This document shows, one piece after another, positions 40,346 to 53,304 of a DNA stretch of 64,000 nucleotides (position 1 is the stretch's first letter; every line of letters begins with the position of its first letter). The stretch is from Eledone cirrhosa (taxonomy: Eukaryota), in NCBI GenBank assembly GCA_964016885.1, contig OZ024743.1:20026001-20090000 (forward strand). Reading direction: 5' to 3'. The position numbers and the translations under genes are program-made. The notes beneath the pieces are model-generated. The model was not told the DNA's origin, searched no databases, and was given only the letters and a program-made list of their open reading frames with translations.

Positions 40346-40605
40346 CACCACCATCATCGTCATCATCATCATCATCATCAATCATCATCATTACTATTGT
40401 AGTTATCACAAATACTATGTTCATCATCAAGTTTATAATTATCGTCACCCACCGCCAACATCATCATCTTTTTCATTATCATCATTTCAATTGTAATTGT
40501 CACTGCTTTCTTTATCATCATTATAAACATCCTCCTCCACATCACTATCATTGTCGTCATAATCATCATCATTGATGTTATCTTCATCATCATCATTGCC
40601 ATCAA
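39775..40605. repeat. (CAT)n/(CAC)/(TCT)n compound microsatellite
   Basis: Read directly. The poly-His/Ser/Ile/Asp/Met ORFs here are by-products of the repeat. Confidence 0.97.
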
Positions 40606-41024
40606 CATTATAACTATGTATGGTAGCAATTTTCTACAAATGTTTGTGATATTACTGGACAGAGTCAAATTTGAAGTTCGATGTTAGAAATAACAACCAA
40701 ATCTCCCCCAAATAACATGCTAATATCTTTAAAAAAGAAAGACTTATTTGCTAACCTAGTCTGTGATACACTATAAATCAAACATACAGACGGGATTGTC
40801 ATGGCTGGAATGCCTTTGATCATAGGTTTGCCTAAACAGAGCACACCTTGGGTTAAAGAACAAACACAATATTCCTAAAACTTATCATTTACATGAAAAT
40901 TATACTTTTAAAAATGGTGAGGGATAATTTATGTTTGTAAGAGTGAGGTAAAAGAGCAGCTAATACCAAAATAGAACCAAGAAATTAAATTTGATTATTA
41001 TTTTAAAAGATCAATTCTCTTTGT

Positions 41025-41271
41025 TTAACACTAGCATTTAAACCGGGCATATCCAGCGAGAATTCTCTCACCTCTTTCTGTTCAAACCGGCAATAACTGG
41101 CTGCTCATGCTAATGTTAAGGTATTGTCCTCAAAATAAATAATATCAAAATCTCATAGATTCGATATTATATGAGATAATTATGTGAGATAAAGTCTATA
41201 CCATGAAAATAGTAAATATTGAATAAAGGGTTAAATATTGAATAAAGGGTAAATATTGAATAAAGGGTTAA
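41025..41271. mobile_element. piggyBac-type MITE, copy 1
   Basis: Homologous to 49074-49287. Starts TTAA-cactagcattta and ends aggg-TTAA, with the terminal ~19 bp present three times. Confidence 0.65.
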
Positions 41272-42121
41272 ATAATACTATTTTACTTATATGACTAGTG
41301 CAGGAATGATGAGCTAGATATAAATTGACTGAAATTTAAATGCAAGGAGGAATTTGGTCCTTGTAAATTATCCTCCTTCATGTAAACACTCTAATACAAA
41401 GCTATATTAACTTGTGTATGGCTTAGACAATGTCTAGTTTTAGTGTGGAAATAATTCTCTGATTAGTAATGTAGTAATTACATTCGGAACATATCTCAAA
41501 AGTGCAGACTACCATTCATAAAGGGGTGAACCAAAGATAACTTTTGAGCAATTGGAATTATGACCATAACAAAATCAGACACCCCCACCCCACCTCATTT
41601 GGATATTTCCATTCAGTTTTTGGCCGATTGAAATGTTGGTTGTTCTCTGTCTTGTTTCTTTTGACAATAATTGTCATTAATGCTTGTTTTTTTCATTAAG
41701 GTTATATTTTCAATTGTCTAAAAACTATTTTCAGTTCGCCACATTAAATATAACTACATGTTGTTTTTGAGGGGATACTTTGGGGAAATTTTTCCACATC
41801 CTCCTCCTCCTACTCATTATCATCATCATTTAACATCCCTTTTTCCATGCTAGCAAGTGTTTGACATGTTGTCATAGACCGATCAGTACTTAAAGAAAGC
41901 ATCTGACCTCCAGGTGGGCTGTGGGTCTGACATAAGATCTTGTGCTCTACTGAATGCATTTTATCTTGGCACCCACACTAGATAAGTTGCCATGTTTTTG
42001 ACATCGTTGAAGAGTCTTTTAGATTCTTTGTCTGACAGGTTTTCTATGGATGAATGCCCTTCCTATCACCAACAATTTTACAGAGCAGACTGAACACATT
42101 TATCATGTGGATCAGCAATGT

Positions 42122-42320
42122 CTGACTTGGGCCTACATACAAGCTTTGCAACACCCTACCTCCCTCCTACCTAGTCCCCTTTATTACACATCTCAGTCAT
42201 AACAAAGTTGAAAAAATCACAAGTGACAGGTAATGTGAGTTATGACTGAGATGTGTGATAAAGAGAGCTGGGTAGGAGAGTGGTAGGTTGTTGCAAAGCT
42301 TGTAAGTGGGCCCAAGTCAG
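42122..42320. repeat. ~200-bp imperfect hairpin (MITE-like)
   Basis: Arms at 42122-42203 and 42239-42320, for example cacatctcagtcataac / gttatgactgagatgtg. Confidence 0.85.
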
Positions 42321-43654
42321 TTGCAATAGGAAGGAAGGAGTATGGGCAAGGTCAGCTGAACACAGAAATACAGGAATACAGGATAAGAAGGAGGATAAAA
42401 GGAAGGTGAATGAAATAAGGAATTTGCAGAGAACTAAGAACAGTAAAAAGTGCTTAAAATATAATGAATTAAAAGGCAGTAATGACTGGTCAGAATCATA
42501 AAAATGTCTATAGCTTTACCAATTGGGGTCTCTGGTTTAACTGCAGGTTGGTCTCGTGAGATAAAATGCACTGATTTATTTTCTCTGATGGCAGAATATA
42601 TCAAGTATATGTTCAAATGGGAGATGAAACAATGAAAAGATAAAAAGATATGAAAGGATTATCGATTTTAAGTTTAATGGTAATTTTTGTAGAAAAATCA
42701 GAAGTTGCATCTTAGAGACCAATTCTATAAGCTTTATGGAATATTTCAGTTTGATGTCAATTTAGAATCCCTTATACATGATATTAACTTAGCTTGTTAC
42801 AGTGCTTTAAAACAACTTAGCCACTCACTTCTAGGCAACAGCAAGCAAGTAAGTGAATGAATGTTTAATTTTGATGCTAGTTCTCCCCACATTTCTATTT
42901 AAATACTTTTACAAGTAATTTTTAAGAGGAAATTTAAGAGGAAATTTAAGAAAAGATGTTCATGACAGTTGACAGGATGAGGGAAAACATTTTAGGGTGA
43001 GCACTTAGAGATTACATAAGCTTTACAATTGAAAAGATAAGAAAATGACAGCAACTGACAAGTTTACAAAGTTGGTTACTTTGATAACATTATTAGTGAT
43101 TGATGGCAAAGATGTGGTGATTGTGGGTAATGGTGTTTGCAGTGATAATGGAAGGATGAGTGTTGATGGCTATGAAGAAATAGTGGTATTGCTTTTGTAA
43201 GTTCAATAGCACTGTAGAAGTATTAAGTTTTAGTGAAGAAAATGTGATGGAAGATTACTTTACAGCAATAATCTAACGACATTGAAGATTGTTATGGCGT
43301 AAAGTAGTTGAGAGTAATGGGGGTGATGGTGGGGAGAATGGAGGTGTGGCTATGTGATGATCTCATATCAGTTCAATTTACTGTGTCTCAGTTATCTGGG
43401 CTTATCATAAAATGCTTGCAAGAAAATTGGCAAGAAAAATATAAATAATAAAATATAGCAGTTGTTAATTGAGAGAACCATTAGAGCAACAGATATGATG
43501 CAGTGTGGCGTTTGTATTGGTTCTTTACCCTCAAATTTCAAATCATGCTGAAGTCAACTTTACTTTTCAAATGCCAGTTCCCTACTGGAACTAATCTAAT
43601 TGTCTTACCCATCGTCTTACCCATCGTCTTAACCATCCTCACCTACATATGATT

Positions 43655-43830
43655 CAATAATGCTTTCTGATTTAGGCACACATGGCTAACAATTTGGGGG
43701 AAAGGGAAAGTTGATTAAATCGACCCCAGTGCATTACTGGTACTTTGTTTTATCAACCCTGTAAGGATGAAAGGTAAAGCTAACCTCAGTAGAATTTGAA
43801 CTCAGATTGCAAAGGGCCATAACTCTATGC
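43655..43830 (-). mobile_element. tRNA-derived SINE
   Basis: Same family body. An older + copy lies at about 52035-52225. Confidence 0.8.
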
Positions 43831-45047
43831 CCTAACAGGCTGTAAATCTATGCTTTAGACGCAATAACAACATTTAGCACTCAAAACCTAATCCCAGTTC
43901 AGGAAAGAAATTAGACTCTATTGCACCTGATTGGCCTTCCTTTAGTAAATATTACAGAAGCTATAAGATTTGGCATTTACTAAATTTTGTTCATATAATA
44001 CAGGAACTAATGTTTACAGCACCATTTAACACATTTTTTCGATAGCATAAGCTTTCTCCAGGATTATCAACACCCACCACTACAACCAGCATTACTGCTT
44101 GTACCTTATACATTCCCTCCCATTACAGGATGTTTATGTCATGTGAAAGGATGTGTTATTGAAGTGAAAACAAACATATAGTCTACTTTCATTATCAGGA
44201 AAACACAAGTGAAAGGAAAGATTAAATAAGTGCAGGATTGAATAGAATATAGTTAGGTTGTGAATTCGAAGAGAATTGTACATCTGTTGAAATCTGTAAA
44301 ATCTGTGAATGAAAGAAACAACAAAAAATAAAGAATATATACATACAACGAAGTAGTTATAGTCTCATTAAACTTGGCAATGTTTAGTTATTTGGAATGT
44401 GTTTTGAATATGATTATGTCTAATTAAATAGAATAACTAACTTCACTGGGAAATAATTTTCTCCAATATAAGCAAAAACCATGATTATGAGAGCACTTAC
44501 GAATTGCATTCATACACAATTTATGTAATAAAAATATAAACCAATAAAAATATAAACCTATGTTATTCATACCTATGGTTAATAATTTCTTCCTTTGGAG
44601 GAAGTGATAGCAAGCCTAAAAAGCATGCAGCCAGTCAACCAGTCAGCCAGCCAATAAGCCAGCCTGCAAGTCACCAAAACAGAGAACTCTGCAGCCAGAT
44701 ATCCAGCTAGGGGTTACATCAGTAAGATTATTGTAGATAATTATTTATTATTATATATAATAGGGAAGTAATTTGTGTAGTTTGGTGCCAGTTAGTTTCT
44801 AAATATACACCTCAGGCAAATATACATAAATGGGAATCTTACAATTACAGACAACAAAATTAGATGTATATGTGCATATATGTAAAACCATGCATTCCAA
44901 GGGTTATATTTGTATGTATGTTTCTATTTACACAGTCTGCTTATAAATATCTCCCACACTGTCTTTCTTTCTCCTTCTCTAACTCTCTGTATATTTATAT
45001 ATACATACACACACACATATATATAAATATAAATATGTGTGTGGGTG

Positions 45048-45502
45048 TGAAGTTATATCTGTATAAATACAGAGTGTGTAACTGAGACTGCACCAACATG
45101 TAAAAATGTATACACATATCTAATATGTAGGCATGAATACATGTTAGAAAATTCGAATTTCCCTGTAAATTGAAAAAAGGAATAAACATCTTCAATCGAT
45201 TTTCAGTTCTTATTGGATCCATATCAGAAGACATATAAATCATCCAATCAACCTCAAGGAAACATGTATTTGATGAGTATGTTCATTTCAGAATGATACT
45301 AAGAGCAAATGAGTATATATACCCAACAAATATATATTTTCTTGTGGTTGATTGGATGATATATATGTCTTCTTATAAGGATCCAATTTACAGGGAAGTT
45401 CATATTTCCTGGTATGTCTACAAGCCTACATCTTAGATATGTGTATAAACCCACTGTTGCAATCTTGGTTACACCCTCTGTATTTATACAAATAGAATTT
45501 CA
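45048..45502. mobile_element. Old fold-back element with hammerhead relic
   Basis: Diverged arms at about 45048-45265 and 45330-45502. Minus strand 45186-45234: atgtctt-CTGATAT-ggatccaataagaact-GAAA-atcgat-TG-aagatgt (degenerate core, palindromic aatcgatt). Confidence 0.65.
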
Positions 45503-45569
45503 TCATATACTTTGGCTGCTAATGCATTTCTTATGATATATCTATACACACACACACACATAAATATAT

Positions 45570-46057
45570 ATCATCATCCTCACCGTTTTACGTCCATTCT
45601 TCCACGCTAGCATGAGTTAGATGAGCTGTGCTGTTGTGTGCCATGCCAGATCGGGTGACCTAGTCTTGCTCATAAGGGAACTGATTTTGGGTTGATTTCT
45701 ACAGCTGGATGCCCTTCCTAACACCAACCTCATTTATGGTGGTGCCTACACAGCCACTTTACAGTGGTGCCTACACGGCCACTTTACAGTGTTGTCTGGG
45801 TGCTTTTTTGTCATGGCACCTTCACAACCACTTTGCAGTGGGAGGGGATGGAGGGATATTGTCTATATGCTTCAGCTTCGGCTTGTACCTGTGGGGAGTC
45901 GTGTCTTCTGTATTATTGCATGACACCAGAGATCACGGTCCTGTGTCATCGCCTTTGAGAGGTGCAATTGGGCATAGTCAGCTTTTATCACCTCATCCCA
46001 GGTCTTTATGGGTCTCCCCACTCCATGGCTTCCATCGACTTTTAGTGCTCTGCACTT

Positions 46058-46092
<35 letters not shown>

Positions 46093-46242
46093 GTATCATC
46101 ATCATCGTTTAACGTTTATCTTCCACGCTATCATGGGTTAGATGGGAATTGTCCTATTTGAGGTAAGATTGGTCAGGTGACTGTGTCGCACTCGTATAGG
46201 ACTATCTGGCAGGTTTTCTACGGTTGGATGCCCTTCCTAACA

Positions 46243-46244
<2 letters not shown>
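45570..46244 (-). mobile_element. Two RTE 3' fragments (subfamily B-like 45570-46056; C-like 46095-46244)
   Basis: ORF 45872-46105 (KCRALKVDGSHGVGRPIKTW) and 3' UTR matches to 20480-20780 and 33760-33905. Confidence 0.9.
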
Positions 46245-46319
<75 letters not shown>

Positions 46320-46361
46320 AAAGCGAAGTAGTTTCAGATGTTCAAATCCTTTAATAATAAT

Positions 46362-46435
46362 GCTGTGATATATATTTCAGTGACGACACTGGCCACACTG
46401 TTCTGTGTGCGAGTGTCGTGTCATCATCAGACAGC
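46362..46435 (-). ncRNA. Type I hammerhead ribozyme (inverted copy)
   Basis: Reverse complement of 47640-47713. Confidence 0.78.
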
Positions 46436-47639
46436 TTGTTACATAATAAGGTTATGTTTCCGAGGCAATCCAAATTGGAAAAAGTACGTTGAGTGCTTGA
46501 ATTGAATTGCATCAATGTTTACCCTAATAATTTAGCTCCAATTAGTTGAGCGCTTTACGATGTAACCGATATGGTGGAGAAGAGAGGAACCAACCATAAG
46601 CTACCCCGGAAATTCCCTCTACCATGGGGAGGAAAACCCTTTACACTGGACGGGCATAATAGTAACTTTCGGCAGGATAAATACGCGGAAACAAATAATA
46701 GGATAAACCCCTATTTTCCTGCACCAAATCGCATTTGAACAGAGGCCCCCTCAATTCAATCTATACATGGACAGATGGACAATCATATGGATCATTTTGC
46801 ATATATGTACTCTGTGTTTTTGCATTTATTCACTATTGGTTCTGTTCTTTTCTTTTGTGTACTTTATGTCTGTTTTTCTTTGTTTTTCTTTGATTTTGTT
46901 CCATGTGATGGAAATTAGCACTGTGTACCAGATCCACTAATGCCTGGAGCCCTGTAGTTATAATGTATGACACTGTCGTTCAATATGTAGATAGAGTAAC
47001 TGTGACACTAGAATCCCTCTCAGAAAATATTACTTAAACATCTCTCTCCATATTATTTACTCACATTAATCCGAATTATCACCTGAAAAGAATTTTTTTA
47101 ATTCTTTTTTTTAATTCCTTTTTTTAATTCTTTAATTTCTAATTGTTAATTTCTTAATTGTTTAATTTATAATTTCTGATATTTGATTTAGGATTTTAAT
47201 TTTTATTTCCAACCCTCACTCTTAACTTCCAACGTAAAACCATGATACCTAGAATAAGTTTATTTTCCCTTATAAGGTGATGGTCAGTCGTGCCTTCAAT
47301 GCTTAGTGAGGGGTAGTATTATGACCTGTAACAACTAACACTCTCCCATCCCCTCTGGCTCTCGGCTGACTGCCACAGCCGTGATGGGTAGCAGTAAAAT
47401 ATGGTACAGGCATTGGTGGGCCATTGTTTTGGATGACGGGGTGAACTGACTAAGCAAATTTCGTTGAAGTCTGCGGTGGCAAATGGTCAACTTCCTTCAG
47501 ACATGCGGTTGCGCAAGCCAGTGGGGGTGAATTGGTACTCACAAGGGAGCGGATGAAAAACCCCAAAACACGCAATTCATCCGTTCCCTCGTCGATCCAA
47601 TTTGGATTGCCTCGGAAACATAACCTTATTATGTAACAA

Positions 47640-47713
47640 GCTGTCTGATGATGACACGACACTCGCACACAGAACAGTGTGGCCAGTGTCGTCACTGAAA
47701 TATATATCACAGC
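47640..47713 (+). ncRNA. Type I hammerhead ribozyme
   Basis: gctgt-CTGATGA-tgacacgacact(...)agtgtcgtcact-GAAA-tatata-TC-acagc. Stem I gctgt/acagc, palindromic stem III atatatat, AUC site. Confidence 0.8.
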
Positions 47714-47969
47714 ATTATTATTAAAGGATTTGAACATCTGAAACTACTTCGCTTTTCTTTATTCGATATTTACTCCGTCACTCCTATGTGGAAAAAGTAC
47801 GTTGATTGCTTGAATTGAATTGCATCAATGTTTACCCTAATATATATATATATATATATGCATATATACACACATATATGCATATATATACATTCATATA
47901 CACATATATATAAATTAACATTATGATGATTATAGTAAGTGGTTGTGTATGTGTTGATCGAAGTGCAGA

Positions 47970-48105
47970 TTGTGTAGTTAAGTTTGCTTCACACCCACAT
48001 GGTTTGGGGTATAGTCTTATTGGGTAGCATCTTGGGAAAGTGTCTTCTACTATGGCTTTGGGTTAACCAATGACTTGCAATGGATGGAAACTGCAGAAGC
48101 CTATC
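47970..48105 (+). mobile_element. Decayed SINE (third family)
   Basis: tRNA-like head gtgtagttaagtttgcttc...ggtatagtc, then cttgggaaagtgtcttctactatggc. Confidence 0.5.
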
Positions 48106-48258
48106 ATATCATACATATGAACCAAGGTCAATTGAGCTTATTTATTGAGATACATGATCATCATACATATTAAATATGAATTGTTACCTTAACAGAATAC
48201 ACACATACACATATATATATACATATATATATATAATTACCTGTTTAAACATTGTGTA

Positions 48259-48305
48259 TGCTCTGATGATCCCAGACATTCGAATGGAAGAAATAATTGT
48301 CAGCA
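48259..48305 (+). ncRNA. Solo type I hammerhead ribozyme between TA tracts
   Basis: tgct-CTGATGA-tcccagacattcgaatggaa-GAAA-taattg-TC-agca. Full core, stem I tgct/agca, GUC site. The insert spans about 48235-48347. Confidence 0.75.
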
Positions 48306-48344
48306 ATTAAATGTATTAAACTAAGATTTGATTGTTTTATATTT

Positions 48345-48462
<118 letters not shown>

Positions 48463-49073
48463 CATATATATGGATGTACCATATCTATGGCTACATTGGC
48501 GTCTGTGTTTTTTTCCTATAGCTTCTTAGTGTTTTGACAAAAGAGATTGATAAATTAAGTACCAGACTTAAAAACATAAGTGGTATTATTGATATAATTG
48601 ACTAAATCGATAAGGTGATGCTCCAGCATGGCCACAGTATAAAAACTGAAGCCAATAAAAGTATGAAAGACTATACAAATGTGTGTAGAGAGAGTGGGAG
48701 GGAGGAAGAAGAATTATAGGAGACAGACAGATATAAAAGTAGATATGCAATCAATACTATATATATACTGCTACATAAATACACTTATATATATTTGCAT
48801 ATATATTATGAGATGTATTGATTGGCAAAAACTGTTATATTTAACACTTAAACATTATGAAGAATAATATGATAAATGGAATCTGAAATCAGTAATGATA
48901 ATTATTTATGATTGTTTGCTAATCTTGTTGGTGATGGTTTTATATTTTTATTTAGAATTAGAGAAATATATATATAGGAAGTGAATGAGGAAAATGAATG
49001 GGAGAGGGGTTTCCTCAAAGTAGACTCCACTGAGGAACCAGCCATCATGGTTTAAAACAGTATGGTAAAGTAT

Positions 49074-49287
49074 TTAACACATTAGCATTTAAACCGGCTG
49101 TATCTGGCCAGAATTCTCTCACCTCTTTCTGTTCAATTCTGCCATAACCAGCCATTCATACTTATGTTACGGTATTGTTCTCAATAAATAATATCAAAAT
49201 CTCATAGACATGATATTATGTGAGATAAAACCTTTACTGCAAAAATACAATAGTAAATATAGAGTAATGTAAATACTAATGGGTTAA
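49074..49287. mobile_element. piggyBac-type MITE, copy 2
   Basis: TTAA-cacattagcattta ... taaatactaatggg-TTAA: terminal inverted repeats with TTAA on both sides. Confidence 0.75.
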
Positions 49288-49379
49288 GATATGAAGGTAG
49301 AAAAGGCAGATGGTCTATTAGGTTTAGTTTGCAAGAGACTAAAAATATGAGATATGGTAAGGTATGCACTAATAACACA

Positions 49380-51152
49380 CATAATAATTCAATAAGTATA
49401 GAATAGTGTCATACTCAATGACTGGTGCAGTAGTATCATCCTCATCTGCTATAAAGATAAAGGAGATGTGCCAGAGAGAAGTAAATATAGAAGCATCAAG
49501 TTGATGGACCAGGTCATGAAAGTTACTGAAAGATTCATAGTGTAACTGATTGAAGACAAAAATAAATCTAGAAAGATTCAATTTGGCTTTGTGCCAGAAA
49601 GAGGCACTACTGATGCCTTTTTCCTCATGAGATAAATGCAAGATAAATATTATAAGTAAGCCTTTGTATTTAGGATTCATTGATCTGGGGAAAACCTTTG
49701 ATAAGTTCGCTGCTCTGTTATTTGATAGTCACTCAGGAAATTAAGGGTAAATTAATAACTTATCAAAGCTGTACAAGTCATATTTTGGGCATTTTAAACC
49801 TAGCAGAACCTACCCTTCTCCATGCTGAAACACAGCTTATGTCTTCCACCGAAAGGGTGAGAGATAGAAGGTAAGAAGGGTGGCTCGGCCTAAACAAGAT
49901 ATAAAATTAGGATGTTTGCTCCAACATAGCTGTATACATACATGCATGTAAAGTTTATATATTGACTAATACACAATATATTTATGAATAAACATTTGAA
50001 AGCCTTTAGCTAGTAAGAACAGTGCATACTATATGTGGAGGAGCTGTCAAGTAAAGGGAGAAATTCAAGATGCAGGAGGAGCTTATCAGGGTTCGGTTCA
50101 TCATAATTCTCCAAGTCATAACAAATGTGTTTAAGACTGGCTGTCCATGAGAATTTCTCTATGCAGATGATCTGGTCCTTATAGCTGAATTCATAGAAGA
50201 ATTAGAGTATAAGTTTCAATTATGGAAACAGAATTTGGAATCAAAAGAGCTGAAAGTGTACTTAGCCAAAACTAAAGTACTAGTAAGTAGGAAAGAAAAT
50301 AGGACCCTGATTCCTTCAGGAAAGTAGCCCTGCTCAATATGTAGAAAAGGAGTAGGCATAAACTCTCTATAATGTACAAAATATAAATGTAAAGTACACA
50401 AGGGATGTAGTGGGATAACAGGCAGATTAACAAGAAGGGAAGACTTTGTATGTAAAATATCTACAGGGGTAATCGACGAGAAGAGTGTCAGTGATATAAA
50501 TAATTTCCAATTACATGAAGGACCCATAAAAGTGGTTGATAGCTTCTGCTTTCTAGGGGTCCCAATTAACAACAGAGGAGGCTGTTCTGAGAGCATGATA
50601 GCTGGAATAAGCATAGGATGGAAGAACTTTATTAGTTACACCCACTTTTAACAACAAAATGTTTCTCCCTAACTTTCAAAAGGACGGGTGATTGAGGGTG
50701 GTGTGTGAAGTGCGATGCTGTATGGTAGTAAAACATGTTCAGTGACTGCAGAGGACATGTGTAGGCTGGAGAGAAATGAAATAAACATACTTTGTTTGAT
50801 ATGCAATCTAAATGTGAGAGAAAGGCAGAGCTTGAATGAACTGAAAGAGAAATTAGGTTTAATAAGAATCCAAAGTGGTATGCAACAGAGAAGACTGCAT
50901 TGGTACAGACTTGTGATGCACATGGATGATGATCACTGGGTGAAGAAGTGCCAGAAAATTTCAGTAGGAGGAAGATGCAGTAGTGGTAAACAAACGAAAA
51001 CTTGGGTGGAGGAGGTAAGAGTTGATCTCAAATCACTGAGACTCACTGAGCAGATGACACAGGAACATGATGAGTGAAGAGATTCTGTGCAGAAAAGGAC
51101 CTGTCTAACTCAGGTGAGCATGGAAAAAACAAACGGAAAAATGATGATGATG
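49380..51152 (+). mobile_element. Old, heavily mutated RTE LINE (interrupted at about 49780-50030)
   Basis: ctctatgcagatgatctg (LYADDL) at about 50157, decayed PHD, ORF 50715-51077 (RRLHWYRLVMHMDDDHWVKKC) and a (GAT)n tail. Confidence 0.9.
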
Positions 51153-52517
51153 AGCCAAGAAATATGGACAGGAAAATCAATGGTAAAATTGATCAATATT
51201 TTGCCAATTTTCACTAAATTCAAAATTCTTCGTAAAGGAGGTGCAGAAAAGTATTTTCACTTTGGAGGTGAATATTACACCAGTTTCATTTTCGAAGTGA
51301 AATTTGTATTTCCTATTGATTTTGATTTGTTTTGAATGAATATGGCCTTCAAAACAGTCAGAAATTGGTAAATATCATTACTTAATGGAGTTGTAAAACA
51401 AAAGCTATACTCTAAATGACACTTAAATATTTTAAATATCAAAATATTTAAACTTCATAAATATTATTGTCCACTCGTGAGAATTTGAAAACTGTATCAT
51501 TTAAACATAATGTGCTTATTACCTACCTCGTATTTGGATTTTTGTCTATTTCTCAGGCATAATATAGGGAGTCAGCTTATATTAGGATCGATCAATATTT
51601 GAGAATATAATAATTGAAATTTCATTCTTAATTAGAAAAAGAAGACAAAATTTTAGCAGTAATTGTTTGTGACAAAACAAAAAGGAGAGCTGATATTTTT
51701 TTAGAAATTCTGAATTGTGTTAGTCATAAATTTGGGGAGACAGAAATGTTCTGGCTAGAGACCTATCTTATTACAACAACTTAGCAGTATAGACAGGATG
51801 AATTTTATCATGCCACTAGCACTGGCGATTTTTCTGTAAGGACTTAATAGACCACTCTACCCCATATCAGAAGCTGCTCTTTTAGATGGGTAGCTTTCTC
51901 TATGGTTTACAGAGCCACTATTTGTTCAAAGTAATTACCCTCTTAGATGGATTTCTTTCTTCGTGGTAGAGTCCACATCTACATGCATAACTGCTTTTAA
52001 CTCTAATGCCACTGTATGTTAAGAAGTGTTCTAGTTTGGCAGAATTGTTAGTGTCATAGAAAATGCTTTCCAGCATTACATTCAAATCCCACTGAAATCA
52101 ACTTTGTACCTCACCCTTCCACAGTCAATAAAATAAAGTACTAATCAAGTATTGGGGGTCGATGTAATTGATTGTTCCTTTCTCCTTAAATTGCTGGTCT
52201 TGTGCTTAAATTAGAAAATATTATTATGTTGATATAACCCTAGAATGCTAATCCAAAAATAAAATGATGGTGTATGCATCTTTATTTGTTTCTTAGTGTA
52301 TAAAGTTAGTGTTAGGTGTGTTTATTGAATGGTGATGTGAAACGACTGTGATTTTGCTGTGTGACTACAGCTTGTATTGTGAAGAAATTTTAGTCTGGAT
52401 TTTATTTTTCTCGTGTCTGGTTATAGTTATTTTCTGCTGTATATGTTTGTGTATATATTTGTATATAAATGTACATGTATATGTATAGTTGTATATACAT
52501 GTAAAATGTAATGTATG

Positions 52518-52553
<36 letters not shown>

Positions 52554-52741
52554 GAAGTTAGTAAGCCCGTGGGTACTAAGTACCCCTGGAAATACATAGG
52601 TTGTCTATGATTTAAGGTTGTTCTATGGTATCAATTTGACATACCAGAACTATAATATTAATATAAGCAGAACAAGCAAAATTCAACCAATTTTTTAAAA
52701 TAAATTAAAAAATATAATTTAAATATTTACCTATTCATATG

Positions 52742-52823
52742 GCTCTTACCGATCGGTTTCGCCTTGTAAAACACCAGAGACCCAATGGATTTCTAATGGA
52801 AAATCAAGGCTCATCAGAGAAGC
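52742..52823 (-). ncRNA. Type I hammerhead ribozyme
   Basis: gcttct-CTGATGA-gccttg(loop)caaggc-GAAA-ccgatcgg-TA-agagc. Canonical core, 6-bp stem II, palindromic stem III accgatcggt, GUA site. Predicted cut between 52747 and 52746. Confidence 0.9.
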
Positions 52824-53222
52824 ATTTTCCTTTCCTAGGGCTAAAGACCCAGGAACGATAAAATATATTGTTATCTGCCAGCTAGCACAGATCCAAAAGG
52901 CCGAAAAATGACCTGTACGTGAACTACCCGAGGTTAAAGCGGGAAAAACATAGACGTGTTGTCTATCTCGTTACTAAAAATAGCAGCTAAATAGAATCAA
53001 CATGATTGTTCTCAACAAATGGAGGGTGATAGAAGAAGTTAGTAAGCCCGTGGGTACTAAGTACCCCTGGAAATACATAGGTTGTCTATGATTTAAGGTT
53101 GTTCTATGGTATCAATTTGACATACCAGAACTATAATATTAATATAAGCAGAACAAGCAAAATTCAACCAATTTTTTAAAATAAATTAAAAAATATAATT
53201 TAAATATTTACCTATTCATATG

Positions 53223-53304
53223 GCTCTTACCGATCGGTTTCGCCTTGTAAAACACCAGAGACCCAATGGATTTCTAATGGAAAATCAAGGCTCATCAGAG
53301 AAGC
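53223..53304 (-). ncRNA. Type I hammerhead ribozyme (second unit)
   Basis: Same sequence as 52742-52823, offset by 481 bp. A third, half copy lies at 53705-53729. Confidence 0.9.

Larger units (their letters stand above)
46317..47842 (+). mobile_element. Penelope-like non-autonomous element with inverted and direct terminal repeats
   Basis: Inverted arms at 46317-46479 and 47596-47758. 54-bp direct repeat at 46476-46529 and 47789-47842. T-rich tract at 47090-47210. Flanked by (TA)n(GA)n and (TA)n. Confidence 0.85.

Noticed and set aside
39838-40668. Poly-His/Ser/Asp/Met ORFs
   Set aside because: Open frames are an automatic result of (CAT)n, with no unique coding context.
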